From a bacterium (lineage in GTDB: Bacteria; UBA8248): a stretch of DNA of 64,000 nucleotides. Shown here piece after piece: positions 41,635-52,536 of this stretch. Made by a program: the position numbers and the translations under genes. The stretch lies in contig CBDBZU010000004.1 of the NCBI GenBank assembly GCA_965213625.1, positions 32,001 through 96,000 on the forward strand, given 5' to 3'. The notes beneath the pieces were generated by a model, which saw only the letters and a list, made by a program, of their open reading frames with translations, was not told the DNA's origin and searched no databases. The stretch's first letter is position 1, and each line of letters starts with the position of its first letter.

Positions 41635-43982
41635 ATGAAGATTTGCACGGAAGGTGTCGAGACGAAGCCGGCGTTGGTCGAGAGGCCGAATGAGCCATGG
41701 CCTCATTCCCCTGATTTGTCCACAACCGCAGAGGCGTACTGGCGTTCGCAGTACGAGCGCGAGCGTGCGCGCGCGGAGGCGGCGGAGGCGCGCTGCGAGG
41801 AGTTGCGGTGGGCGGAAGTGGATTCGCGCGCCCGTGCGGGTAGGCTGAAGCGGCAGTTCGACGTCTGCCGGAAGAAGCTCGAGGAGGCCGCCGGTGAGGC
41901 GAAGGAAGCCCGCCGCGCGGCGAAGGACGCGCTGTCGCTCAAGACGGAAGTGGAGCGGCTGGAGAAGCTGCTTGCGGAAGCAGGGGTCGAGCCGCGCAAG
42001 CGCAGCCCGCTCATGTCGCTGCGCATGGAGGTCGTCCGGCTTCGCAAGGAGCTCTCGGGCGTGCCGTCGCCGGGGGAGGCGGGGCGGGTGCGCAAGGCCC
42101 TGGAGGAGCGCAGGGAGACGATTCATGCCCTGCGCAAGGAGGTCGGCCGGCGGGAGAAGGAGGTCGCCCGGCTGGAGGAGCGACTGGACCGGGAGAAGCA
42201 GAAGTCGGCGGCTCACAAAGAGACCATCCGGGGCCTGGACGAGGAGGCCATCGGGCTCTACAGGAAGTTGCGGCGATTGCGCGACCAGGCGGAGGTGGTC
42301 GAGTCGTTGTCCGCGGAGGTTTACCGTCTTAAAGTCTCCCTGGGAGCCGCAGGCATCGCGACCGAACGACTGAAGGCGCGGTTGTTGCGCGCAATGGAGG
42401 CGGCGCGCTCGAGGTCGCCGTCCCGTGCGGACGAGGAACTGCGCAAGGCCCTGGGGAGGTCGCGGCGCCAGAAGACGGCGCTCGGGTCCCTGTCCAGGGA
42501 GAATGCGCGGCTTCGCCGGGCGCTACGCAAGTCAGAGACCCGCCGGGCGCGTCTGGAAGCCGAGCTCGCGAAGCTTCGCGCCACGGGAGTGGTGCTGGCG
42601 AAGAGGCTGTTCGGGCGCAAGAGCGAGCGGCAGGAGAAGCCGCGCTCGGAGCGCAGGCGCGGCGGGCAGCCCGGCGCCCGGGGCCATGGCCGCACCCCTC
42701 GTCCCGCGCTCGAGGAGAGGACGGAAGTTCGCAACCCGCCGCCCGCGTCTGCGCCTGTTGCGGGCAGCCCTACGTGGCCAACGGCGCGCGTGTATCGAGC
42801 CTCGTCGAGATCGAGGTCTCGGCCCACAAGCGCGTCATCCGCCGTCCGCGGTGGCGCCGGGGGTGCGGTTGCGCGTCGTCTCCCATGGAGGTGTCGGCGC
42901 CGCCCGCGCCGCGCCTGTTCGCGGGCACGTCCTTCGGGACGAGCGTATGGGCGCGCTTCCTGTTCGAGCGCTACGCCTGCTTCCGCCCGCTGCGCCGGGT
43001 TGCCGCGTGGCTCTCCGACCAGGGGCTTACCGTCTCGGCGGGGACGCTGGGTGACAGCGCGCACCGCTTCACGCCCCTGTTCGAGCCGCTGGCCGGGGCG
43101 ATCCTCGCCCGCCAGAACGAGTCTACGCTGCGCCACGGGGACGAGACGACCTGGCGGATACAGTCGCTTCGCGAGCAGGGGCGATCGAGCCGCGCCTGGC
43201 TGTGGACATCGGTAAGCACGGACTCCGTCTACTTCCACGTCGACCCCTCGCGGGGCGCCGGGGTCGCGATGAAGCTGTTCGGCGCGGCCGGCCGCCATAC
43301 GGTCCTCGTCTGCGACCGCTACAGCGCCTACAAGAAGCTGGCGCGCGAACTCGACGGCGCCGTAATCCTATCCTTCTGTTGGAGCCACCAAAGAAGAACC
43401 TTTATCGACAGCGCGGCCGGCGAGGCGCGCCTGACGCCGTGGTGCGAGAGATGGATCGGGCGGATCGCCTTGCTCTACCGCCTGAACGAGGCGCGCCTGG
43501 CCCGTTACGACTCAGGTCTCGAACACCAGGACGCGGCGTTCGACGCGGCGCACGACGAATTGAAGAAGGCGCTCGAGGGCCTGTTCGCGCAGGCCCGACG
43601 CGAACTGGCCGCCCTGTCGGCGCAGGCGCCCGAGGGCAAGGCGCTTCGCTCGCTGCTGAACCACCGCGAGGGGCTGAGCGTCTTCCTCGAGCGCCCCTGG
43701 GTGCCGACAGATAATAACGCCATTGAGAGAGTGCTCAGGGGTCCCGTGATCGGGAGGCGGCTCTCGTTCGGCTCCGACAGCGAGGCCGGCACCGGGTTCA
43801 CGGCGATGATGTACTCCGTCCTCGGAACGCTCTCATCGAACGGCATCGACCCGCTCCGCTGGCTCGATGCATGGCTCACCGCCTGCGCGCAGAACGGCGG
43901 CCGGGCGCCCGGGGACCTCTCCGCATGGCTGCCCTGGTCGATGAATGCGGAGCGCAGGCGCGCCCTCACGGCGCCGGGATGA
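41635..43982 (+). pseudogene. IS66 family transposase with a long coiled-coil N-terminus, frameshifted near 42740
   Basis: LFGRKSE...GGQPGARGHGR in frame 1. HGDETTW, VCDRYSAY, CWSHQRR and TDNNAIERVLR in frame 2 (42774-43982). Confidence 0.85.
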
Positions 43983-43986
43983 CGCC

Positions 43987-44859
43987 GTGATCGAGTGCCG
44001 CTACTACGGACGCGACTTCACGACTGATGAGATGACGCTGCTGCGCGCGCTGATCACCGGCCCTCCCGCGCTCAATCGCAACGTGCTCTCCAAGGAGTTC
44101 TGCCGGCGCATCGGCTGGTTCAAGCCCGACGGCGGACTCAAGGACATGATGGCCCGGGTGACCATGCTCGCCATGCACAGAGACGGCCTGATCACGCTTC
44201 CCCCGCCGAAGCGCCCGCGGCACCCGGCCCGGCCGATCGTCTTCGGGCCAGACACCGAAGCGCCTCTCATCCCGGCGCCCGAGACCCTCGACGAGGTCCG
44301 TCCCCTCGGGATGCGCATCGTCGTGCGTGGAACCCGCGAGGGAAGGCTCTGGAACGAGTTCGTCGCCCGCTACCACTACCTCGGCTACAAGACCCTCGTC
44401 GGCGCCCAGATGCGCTACGCCGTACACGACCGCGACGGCAGGCCCCTCGCCATGCTCGGCTTCTCCACCGCCGCGTGGAAGCTCGCCCCGCGCGATGCCT
44501 TCATCGGCTGGACGCCCAGGCTGCGCGAGAAGAACCTTCCCCTCGTGGTCGACAACCCGAGGTTCCTCATCCTGCCATAGATCAAAATCCCCAACCTCGG
44601 CTCGCATCTCCTCGCCATCCTTCGCAGGCGACTGCCCGACGACTGGACCGAGCGCTATGGCACGACCCCCGTCCTCATCGAGACCTTCGTCGAGACGCCA
44701 CGCTACACCGGCGCCGTCTACAGGGCTTCAGGATGGATTCACGTCGGAACCACACAGGGACGCGGACGCTACGACAGGTACAAACGCCACGACAAACCCA
44801 AAAAGGATGTCTGGCTACGTCCCCTCCGCAACAACTGGAAGAAAGTCCTCAACCGCTGA
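43987..44859 (+). pseudogene. DUF4338 (DruA-like) protein with an internal stop
   Basis: LWNEFVARYHYLGY, WKLAPRDAFIGW, RFLILP. A TAG at 44578-44580 is followed by in-frame IKIPNLGSHLL...ETFVE...GTTQGRG. Confidence 0.82.
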
Positions 44860-45302
44860 AACAACTCCCATCACCCTGTCGCCGAACGGTTACCTACCCG
44901 GCCCCCGACAGGCGCACCCTTGGATACGCAGGCGTTGTAACGAATCCGCTTGCGGTTTGATTACGGGTTATGGAGGGTGGATCTCGGAGACTCGGTAAAA
45001 GAAAATGATATCAATATGTTAGATGGATATGTGTCCAATCGAAACTAGTGGATGCACCTGATTTCTCGAAAAACCCCGTGAATTTGTCTAATTTTATCGA
45101 TATTTCCAGATATTATTATTTGCATATTTCATGATCTGCGCCTGGACGAATCGCTCACCCGCCTCCATCGGTCCGCGCCCGCTCCATCTCCTGAAAAACC
45201 AATGGCCGACGGACGGCCTTCTCAGCATACCCCATCGCCCCGAAAATCCCGCCACGGCAAATGCGGGTCGAACCCGACCGAGGAGGTCAGTTCCGACCGA
45301 GA

Positions 45303-45406
45303 AGGGAGGAACTGACCGACTGAGAAGGGAGGAACTGACCGACCGGGGAGGGAGGAACTGACCGACTGAGAAGGGAGGAACTGACCGACCGGGGAGGGAG
45401 GAACTG
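45303..45406 (+). repeat. Five tandem 23-bp units with core AGGGAGGAACTG(ACCGAC)
   Basis: Cores at 45303, 45326, 45349, 45372 and 45395, with alternating linkers. An inverted copy GGTCAGTTCC lies just upstream. Confidence 0.9.
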
Positions 45407-45760
45407 CTTCGCCGGCCGACCGGGCAGGTCAATCGTGGCTGGGGAAGGAGCGGTTGTTGTTTGCGCGCACCGACCCAAACGATCGGCCCTTCCAACTTAC
45501 AGGCGCTCCCCTCCTCTCCCTTCACCGCGAATGCCCTCCCCGGTTCCAGGCCGGACCACCCACTCCATACGCATGAAACGTGGCGGCGCTCTCCGGTGAA
45601 GCCGCATCAAACGCCCCACCAGATACGATTTTGTCTCACCGAGGCGTTATGTTAGATTCATTCCATCATCTGGATTTAAAAGTTCGGCGAAAGTAATTCC
45701 GGGAGAAGACGAACTTCACGTCACCGCGCAGAAGCAGGCGGTGGAAACCCGAGGTTTCAC

Positions 45761-46663
45761 GTGGACCGAACCGACGCCCAAAAATCCCTCGACGCCCAGG
45801 ACGTGAAACGCATCGCCCGCGAGTTGGGCGCAGACCTCGCAGGCGTCGCATCGGCGGAGGATTTCGCGGAAGCCGCTCCCGGCTGCCGACCCAGAGACTT
45901 GTTCAACATGGCGAACAGCGTCGTCGTCATCGCCAAACGCATCCCCTTCGCCGCGGCCACGCCCTATCCCAGCATCGGCGCGATGGAATTCGGCGAATAC
46001 ATCCCGGAAAATTTCCTGAACGAAGCCTGCTACCGCCTCTCGCTTCATCTCGAAGACGCGGGCTATCTCTCGGGCGCCACGCCATGCGGGCGCGACATCA
46101 CGAGCTTCCGCGTGGAAGAAGAAGACCCCGAGCCCAGGGTTTTCCTCCAGGGTTCCTTCGATTTGCGGCTCGCGGCGGTCAAGGCCGGCCTCGGGCATAT
46201 CGGAGCCAACAACTGCCTCATCACGCCCAAGTACGGCTCCCGCGTCCGCCTGGGCGCGGTGCTCACCGAGGCGCGCCTCGCGCCTGACCCGCCCAACCAG
46301 TACGGCGTTGTTCCTGAGTTCTGCCGTGAATGTGGCTTTCGCTGCGTGGAGGCCTGCCCCGCGAACGCGCTCCCGGGCGACGGCACGGTCGATCACTACC
46401 GCTGCATGGTCATCCGGCCGGATCTGGTCGCGCCCGAAAAAGCCCTCACCCATTTCAAAAAACTGTTCCGGGGCAAGCCCCTCATCATGGCGGCCAAAGG
46501 CCTCTCCTACACTGACAGCCCGCCGCATGCCTGCAGCACCTGCATCGCCCTGTGCCCGATGGATCAGGGCCGCGATTTCGCAGATACGCCTTTTCACCGT
46601 GAATCCTGGTCCGATGAAGACGCGCGCAAGGTCATCGACCCGGCATTACTGGAGAATCCCTAG
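45761..46663 (+). CDS. QueG / reductive dehalogenase-like cobalamin Fe-S protein (paralog 1)
   Basis: ARELGADLAGV, AAVKAGLGHIG, YGSRVRLGAVLT, CRECGFRCVEACP, CSTCIALCP. Confidence 0.82.
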   Translation: MDRTDAQKSLDAQDVKRIARELGADLAGVASAEDFAEAAPGCRPRDLFNMANSVVVIAKRIPFAAATPYPSIGAMEFGEYIPENFLNEACYRLSLHLEDAGYLSGATPCGRDITSFRVEEEDPEPRVFLQGSFDLRLAAVKAGLGHIGANNCLITPKYGSRVRLGAVLTEARLAPDPPNQYGVVPEFCRECGFRCVEACPANALPGDGTVDHYRCMVIRPDLVAPEKALTHFKKLFRGKPLIMAAKGLSYTDSPPHACSTCIALCPMDQGRDFADTPFHRESWSDEDARKVIDPALLENP

Positions 46664-46664
46664 C

Positions 46665-47510
46665 ATGGAAAACGGCCACGGAACCGGGATTTCCTCCGCC
46701 GACGTCAAGGCGCAGGCCCGTGAGTTCGGCGCGGACCTGGTGGGAATCTCATCGTGTGCGGGTTACGGAAAAGCGCTGCCCGGCTGCAAGCCCGAAGACC
46801 TCGTAAAGGACGCCAGGAGCGTCGTCGTCTTCGCGCGCCGCATGCCCTTCGGCAACGCCACCTCCCGGCCTACGGTGGGTTATCTGGAATTCGGCTATTA
46901 CGGGCACGAGGCATGGATCAACAAGCTCTCATACCGCCTCGCGCTCTGGTTGGAGGATCAAGGACAGATGGCGCTGCCCACCCCCGCCGGGCGGGACATC
47001 CCCTCGCTCCGCATCCTGAGCGAAGGCGCGGAGCCCGAGGTCTTCATGCAAGGCTCCTTCGACTTGAGGCTCGCTGCGGTGAACGCAGGCATGGGCGAAA
47101 TCGGCGTGAACAACAACCTCATCACCGCCGAATACGGCTCGCGCCTGAGACTCGGAGCGGTCATCACGACGGCGGCGCTCGAACCCGACCCGCCCAGGCA
47201 ATACGGCGTGGTGCCCGATTTCTGCGTGGAGTGCGGGTACAAGTGCATCAAGCCCTGTCCTGCGGGCGCCCTCCCCGGAGACGGCGCTGTGGACCACTAC
47301 AAGTGCATGGTGATGTATCCCCAAAAAGTCTCGCCGGAAAAAGCCGTCGACGTCTTCAAGAAACGCTACGGCTACCCCGAACTCCAGCTCGCCGGGCGCA
47401 TGATGGCCTTCACCGAGAACGCGCCGCACATCTGCGCGACCTGCATCACCCTGTGCCCGATGGACGAAGCGCGCCGCGTCAAAGAGAAGGCGAACGGCGG
47501 CGGGGACTGA
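46665..47510 (+). CDS. QueG / reductive dehalogenase-like cobalamin Fe-S protein (paralog 2)
   Basis: Same motifs (CVECGYKCIKPCP, CATCITLCP). ATG lies 1 nt after the previous stop. Confidence 0.82.
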   Translation: MENGHGTGISSADVKAQAREFGADLVGISSCAGYGKALPGCKPEDLVKDARSVVVFARRMPFGNATSRPTVGYLEFGYYGHEAWINKLSYRLALWLEDQGQMALPTPAGRDIPSLRILSEGAEPEVFMQGSFDLRLAAVNAGMGEIGVNNNLITAEYGSRLRLGAVITTAALEPDPPRQYGVVPDFCVECGYKCIKPCPAGALPGDGAVDHYKCMVMYPQKVSPEKAVDVFKKRYGYPELQLAGRMMAFTENAPHICATCITLCPMDEARRVKEKANGGGD

Positions 47511-47619
47511 GACTTTAATCAGAATTGCCAACCGACGAGAGAGAGGTGAACCACTTCCCTCTTGAGGTAGTTTCTGAAAAAGCCCTACTCGGTCGCAATT
47601 GACGAGCGGAGAGGAGCAT

Positions 47620-47995
47620 GTTTGTAGGGGCCGCATACATGCGGCCCTGGTTTTTACGCCCACTAAATGGGACGCATTTATGCGTCCCCTACAACACGAA
47701 TAGCGCTCGTAGGGGCTGTTCGCGAACGGTGAGTATAACGGGCGAAGGCCGATGACGTGGGGGATCAATCCCGACTGAGAAAGGAGGATTGCGGTTTTGT
47801 TCGTCATTCCGGCGTCGAAAGCGATTGATGAATGAGGGTTCGACTGAATCCATTATTTGCTTTTTTTACTACTTGATTGCTCCCCGCCAATGACGGGCAG
47901 ATGTATAGCCCGTAGGGACAGGTCGCGACCTGTCCCTACAACTGGATTCCACAATCCCCCCTTCACTAGTCGGGACTGACACCGGAATGACGGCA
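47620..47995. repeat. Cluster of REP-like palindromes
   Basis: GTAGGGGCCGCATACATGCGGCCC, GTAGGGACAGGTCGCGACCTGTCCCTAC (47911-47938, repeated exactly at 62281-62308), and CGTCATTCCGG/CCGGAATGACG. Confidence 0.75.
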
Positions 47996-48162
47996 GTTAG
48001 CAACTCCAAGCGAGGCCGGGTTATTCAACAATCCTCCTCATTCGCATTCGACCCCCAAAAAGGGAATGATAAACACACCTGCTGGATACATTTCTGAATC
48101 AACCAACAAGAAAACTCACCAACTTAAGTATATAATCCCCTTTCTTTTCTTAGGAGCATGCA

Positions 48163-49395
48163 ATGCCGAAACCGCTGGAAGGATTCCGGGTGCTGGACTT
48201 GACCCAGTTCTACTCGGGTCCCTGGACGACGCTCCTGCTCGCCGGTCTGGGGGCGGAGGTCATCAAGGTGAACCACCCGGCCACGGGCGACGTGGTGGCC
48301 ATGGGGCCTCCTTTCGCGGGTCCAGAGGGCGTGTCCTTCCACCGCCAATCCGAGGACGACTTGGGCGTCGCTTATCTCAAGCGAACCCGCAACAAGAAAT
48401 CCCTGACCCTGAACCTCAAGGAACCGCGCGGGCTGGACCTGTTCTACCGCCTGGTGGATGAGGCCGACGTGCTCGTCGAGAATTTCTCGGTGGGCGTCAC
48501 CGGGCGGCTCAAAATCGACTACGAGACGCTCAGCAAGCGCAACCCCGGGCTCATCTACTGCTCCATCACCGGCTACGGGCAAAGCGGCCCCGACGCGAAA
48601 CTCAAGGGGTATGACGCCGTCACCCAGGCGGTCTCGGGCCTCATGAATCTCACGGGCTTTCCCGACGGCCCCCCCACCAAGGCTGGCTCCGCCATCGCGG
48701 ACAGCATCGGGGGCACGTTCGCCTACGGCGCCATCACCACCGCGCTCCTGCACCGCGAGCGCACGGGCGAGGGCCAGTGGATAGACGTCTCGATGGTGGA
48801 CTGCCTCTTGTCCCTGGTATTCGATGAGCCGATGGACTGCTACGACTCGCTGGGGCTGCCCGATAGGCTGGGAAACCGCATCATGCGCCTCTCCCCCTTC
48901 AACGCGTATCAGGCGAAGGACGGCTGGCTGGTGGTCGGTTCGGGCACTGACGCCCACTGGAACAACATCCTGCGCGCCGTGGGGCGCGAGGAACTGCTGG
49001 GCGACGCGCGCTATGCGGACCTGAGCGGCCGCATCACGAACAACGACGAGGTGGACGCCGTCATCACCGAGTGGACGGAAAAGCACACCGTGGATGAGGC
49101 GCTCGCGGAGTTGCGCTGCTTCGACGTCATCTGCGGACCCGTCCACACCATCAGGGACATCCTCGCCTGGCCGCACCTGAAAGAGCGGGAAATGATTGAA
49201 GACCTCCCCCACCCCACGCTTGGCCCTCTGAGCGAAGTCAAAACGGCCGCTTTTCCGCTTAAATTCAACAAAACCCCCGGCGGCTACGACGCCCCCGCTC
49301 CGCTGAATGGTGAGCACAACGAGGAGATTCTGGGCGACCTGCTCGGCCTCTCGAAAGAAGAGATCGAAAAGCTCAAGCGAGACGGTGTTATCTGA
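48163..49395 (+). CDS. CoA transferase family III (CaiB/BaiF)
   Basis: PLEGFRVLDL, LGAEVIKV, RNKKSLTLNLK, ADVLVENF, SITGYGQSGP, GYD. Confidence 0.95.
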   Translation: MPKPLEGFRVLDLTQFYSGPWTTLLLAGLGAEVIKVNHPATGDVVAMGPPFAGPEGVSFHRQSEDDLGVAYLKRTRNKKSLTLNLKEPRGLDLFYRLVDEADVLVENFSVGVTGRLKIDYETLSKRNPGLIYCSITGYGQSGPDAKLKGYDAVTQAVSGLMNLTGFPDGPPTKAGSAIADSIGGTFAYGAITTALLHRERTGEGQWIDVSMVDCLLSLVFDEPMDCYDSLGLPDRLGNRIMRLSPFNAYQAKDGWLVVGSGTDAHWNNILRAVGREELLGDARYADLSGRITNNDEVDAVITEWTEKHTVDEALAELRCFDVICGPVHTIRDILAWPHLKEREMIEDLPHPTLGPLSEVKTAAFPLKFNKTPGGYDAPAPLNGEHNEEILGDLLGLSKEEIEKLKRDGVI

Positions 49396-49496
49396 GAAAT
49401 TACTCCTCAAGGTGTGTTGGAAACCCGGCTTCGGATGTGGGCGGTTTATGGGTGTTCGCTTAGGGGAAGGTATTGCCGACCTTCGAGATTACCCAC

Positions 49497-49635
49497 CGTC
49501 ATTCCGGCGCATGCCGGAATCCAGAGCCGATGAGAAGGAGAAAAAGCAGCACTCCATTTTTTCACTCATTTGCGATGAATGATGGTAAAAGAACAAAAAC
49601 AAAGTCACTGGATTCCGGCATGCGCCGGAATGACG
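49497..49635. repeat. REP-like inverted pair
   Basis: CGTCATTCCGGCGCATGCCGGAATCCAG ... CTGGATTCCGGCATGCGCCGGAATGACG. Confidence 0.85.
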
Positions 49636-49768
49636 AACAAAACCAAACCTTCCGTATTCTCTTCCTTCTCGTTCAGCAAGGTCAAAAAAAGGGGGGGGGT
49701 AATTATTAAATTCACTCCGGTGGGGAGTGATCTCTGCAGGGATCGCAAGTCTGGCCTCTGCTAACAGG

Positions 49769-50947
49769 CTAGGTTTCCGTCGTAGTCTCGGGTTGCCAGT
49801 CCGGCGCCGTTCCACAGGCGGCGGCGACCAGCGAACGTGGGCGGATTCCGGGAGGCATGCCCTCGGGCTGGAAGTTGGTGCAGAAACCGAACGCCATGTT
49901 CCGCGCCCTGTCACAGAACGTGAACGCCCCGCCGGAGCCGCCGTGGCCGAAGGCTTTCATGTTGCTTCCCATCAGTGTGTTGGGCGGGCAGTTGTGCATG
50001 AAGCCGAGGCCCATTCGCCGGACCGAACCGGTCATCGGGCAGATGCCCTCCCACTGAATTTTGGAGAGTTGCTCCACCGTTTCAGACTTGAGCAGGCGGA
50101 CGCCGTTGATTTCTCCATTATTGGCCAGCATCGCGTACACGCGGGCGATGGCGCGCGCGTTACCGTGGCCGCCCGAGGATGGGTTCTCGCCCACGCGGTT
50201 CTCACGGCAGTTCACCAGATCGACGCCCAGCGGCCGGCTCCCCCATGCCCTGTTCAGCATCGTGCCGGACTTTTCGCCCAACTCCCAGAATTTGTTCTCG
50301 GGATTGCGGTGCATGGGCGCGACCCGCGCGAGTTCTTCCTCATTGAGCCCGACGTTGTAATCCGCACCCAGCGGACCCGTAATCTCCTCCCGGATGAAGT
50401 CGCGGATCCGCTTGCCGCTCACCCGGCGGACGATTTCGCCGTGGATGAACCCGAAGTTGATGGAATTGTAGGCGCCCTGCGAACCCGCGGGCCAGGCGGG
50501 TTCCTGGGCTGCGATAGCGGCCACCTGGGCCGGGTAATCGAAAAAGTCACCGGGCTTCGCGGCGTCGCAGAAGATGACGCCGCATTGATGGGAGATGGTG
50601 TGCCGGAGCAGAATGTTTTCCTTGCCGCTCTGGGCGAATTCCGGCCAATACCGCGCCACCGGTTCCTCCAGCGAAACCAGGCCCCGGTCCACGAGCATGT
50701 GGACGGAGAGCGCGGTGATGCTCTTGGCGATGGAACTCATGAGCACGATGGTGTCTTCCGTCCAGGGCTGCGTGCGGGCCTCGTCCCGGTGGCCTCCCCA
50801 GAGGTCCACGACTTTCTCGCCGTCCTTGTACACGCATACGGCGGCGCCAATCTCGCCCCGGCTCGCAAAATTTTCCCGGAACGTATCTTCCACCGCTGAA
50901 AAATCGCTGTGGCAATGCCCTTCCACCCGGATATCGGCAACGCTCAT
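49769..50947 (-). CDS. Serine hydrolase, beta-lactamase class C / EstB-like family
   Basis: SxxK (SIAK), GEKVVDLWGG, YWPEF, FGHGGSGG. Confidence 0.92.
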   Translation of the reverse strand: MSVADIRVEGHCHSDFSAVEDTFRENFASRGEIGAAVCVYKDGEKVVDLWGGHRDEARTQPWTEDTIVLMSSIAKSITALSVHMLVDRGLVSLEEPVARYWPEFAQSGKENILLRHTISHQCGVIFCDAAKPGDFFDYPAQVAAIAAQEPAWPAGSQGAYNSINFGFIHGEIVRRVSGKRIRDFIREEITGPLGADYNVGLNEEELARVAPMHRNPENKFWELGEKSGTMLNRAWGSRPLGVDLVNCRENRVGENPSSGGHGNARAIARVYAMLANNGEINGVRLLKSETVEQLSKIQWEGICPMTGSVRRMGLGFMHNCPPNTLMGSNMKAFGHGGSGGAFTFCDRARNMAFGFCTNFQPEGMPPGIRPRSLVAAACGTAPDWQPETTTET

Positions 50948-51106
50948 ATTTTCCCCATCACTAAATGAAAATCCATGTTTATCGTCTGGATACGCCGCTC
51001 AAGACTATTATGAATTCATCCAGAACAACAAATGGAGCATCCAGATATATCGATATGGAAATAGTCTTTTTTCCGAAAACGCAAATTATTAGCGAGACGG
51101 CCCTCA

Positions 51107-51405
51107 AGGGGCTGTTGAAAAAACCTTAACTCGCTTGAGATTGACCTTTGCCTTTGCTCGTCATTCCGGCGAAAGCCGGAATCCATTTTCTCCTTTGTCT
51201 TTGGCCTGGACGTCCTCGCTCCCAGCGAGGAAGATACGGACGCCGCCTCATATATCAGACTAATCCGTTCCGGATTCAGGCGCGGCGATCCCTCCCGCGA
51301 GTCGGAATCAAATACAAAAACGCAAGCAAAATCATAAAATGGATTCCGGCTTTCGCCGGAATGACGGTGGTTTTCCCGCATCAAGGGTCTTTTTCAACAA
51401 CCCCT
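51107..51405. mobile_element. MITE-like element with IS-type ends enclosing a REP-like pair
   Basis: Ends AGGGGCTGTTGAAAAA / TTTTTCAACAACCCCT; internal GTCATTCCGGCGAAAGCCGGAATCC and its inverse. Related single ends occur near 38174 and 59408. Confidence 0.65.
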
Positions 51406-51435
51406 CGGGCGCCGGCCTCCACCCCCGAAGGTTAA

Positions 51436-52311
51436 TTACTTATCCTTCCCTTCGTACACTTCGATGACACGGCTCGCGTCGTCTTTGCCCCAGCCGGCGG
51501 CCTCGGCCCGCTCGAACATCTTGCGCGCCGCGGGAACAATGGCGAGTTCAATCCCGTGCTCCTCGGCAAGCTTGATCGCGAGGCCCATGTCCTTCACGAA
51601 TATTTCCACCGCACCGCGCGGGGCGAAATCCCGCTCGAACATTCTGGGGGCAGTCTGTGAAAGCATGGAACCTTGCACGGAACCCTTCGAGAGGCAGTGC
51701 TGCATAATCTCGTGCGAAAGGCCCGCGCGCTCGCCCACCACGATCAACTCGGCGAACAGCGCCGTGCACGAGTTGACGAATAGGTTGGTCACGACTTTCA
51801 TGGTGGCCCCGGTTCCGCTCGGACCCGTGTGGGCCGCATCCGCCGCCAGCGGATCGAGAATCGGCTTTACCCGCTCGAAGACTTCTTTTTTGCCGCCCAC
51901 CATGAAGGAAATGGTTCTCGTATCGACCCTGTTGTGAGAACCCGATATCGGCGCATCCAGCATCTCGATGCCCCCGGCGGCGAGCCGCGCAGCCAGATCG
52001 GCCTGAAAGGAGGGCTCCATGGTGCTCATTTCGACGTGAATGTGGCCCTTCTTTCCGGCGGCGACAATGCCTTTCGGGCCGAACGTGTTTTCCTCGATGT
52101 GCTCTGGTTTCAGGAGTATGCTGAAAGTGATGTCGCTTTGCTCGGCCACTTCCTGCGCCGAAGCGGCGGGGCGTCCGCCTTCCTCCTCCAGCATCTTCAT
52201 CCGCGCGGGGTCGATGTCGTAGCCGACGATCTCGTGGCCGTCCGCCATCATCTGCCGCGAGAGCGGGAGCCCCATCTTTCCCAGTCCGATCATTCCAAGC
52301 TTTTCACTCAC
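51436..52311 (-). CDS. NAD(P)-dependent beta-hydroxyacid dehydrogenase (3-hydroxyisobutyrate / tartronate semialdehyde reductase family)
   Basis: GMIGLGKMG, LDAPISG, FMVGG, catalytic MKVVTN. Confidence 0.92.
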   Translation of the reverse strand: MSEKLGMIGLGKMGLPLSRQMMADGHEIVGYDIDPARMKMLEEEGGRPAASAQEVAEQSDITFSILLKPEHIEENTFGPKGIVAAGKKGHIHVEMSTMEPSFQADLAARLAAGGIEMLDAPISGSHNRVDTRTISFMVGGKKEVFERVKPILDPLAADAAHTGPSGTGATMKVVTNLFVNSCTALFAELIVVGERAGLSHEIMQHCLSKGSVQGSMLSQTAPRMFERDFAPRGAVEIFVKDMGLAIKLAEEHGIELAIVPAARKMFERAEAAGWGKDDASRVIEVYEGKDK

Positions 52312-52536
52312 GATTTTTCTCCTGTGCTAATTAATTAGAGTCATTCGATTATCGGAAATTTACGCGGCAACCGAGGGCGTGTCGGCAATGAATTGGAGGA
52401 GGAGAAAAGACCGACCCTCGAGAAGGACTGTTCCACGCCCGCGAGTGGAGAATCACCCGGCTGCAACGGTTCTGACGCCTCGGGCATATCGTCGACGAGG
52501 CTTCCACAACCGGGCGAGCGCCCCCATCTATCCCGC

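Larger units (their letters stand above)
41524..44893 (+). mobile_element. IS66-type element carrying a DUF4338 passenger gene
   Basis: Terminal inverted repeats (G)TAAACGTTCGGCGACAGGGTGATGG and CCATCACCCTGTCGCCGAACGGTTAC. No 8-bp target duplication is visible. Confidence 0.82.

Noticed and set aside
43987-44859. Druantia defence system
   Set aside because: Only a DUF4338 gene with a premature stop, inside IS ends; no DruE helicase or other dru genes.
45303-45406. Possible CRISPR array
   Set aside because: Period is only 23 bp, the linkers repeat rather than being unique spacers, and there are no cas genes.
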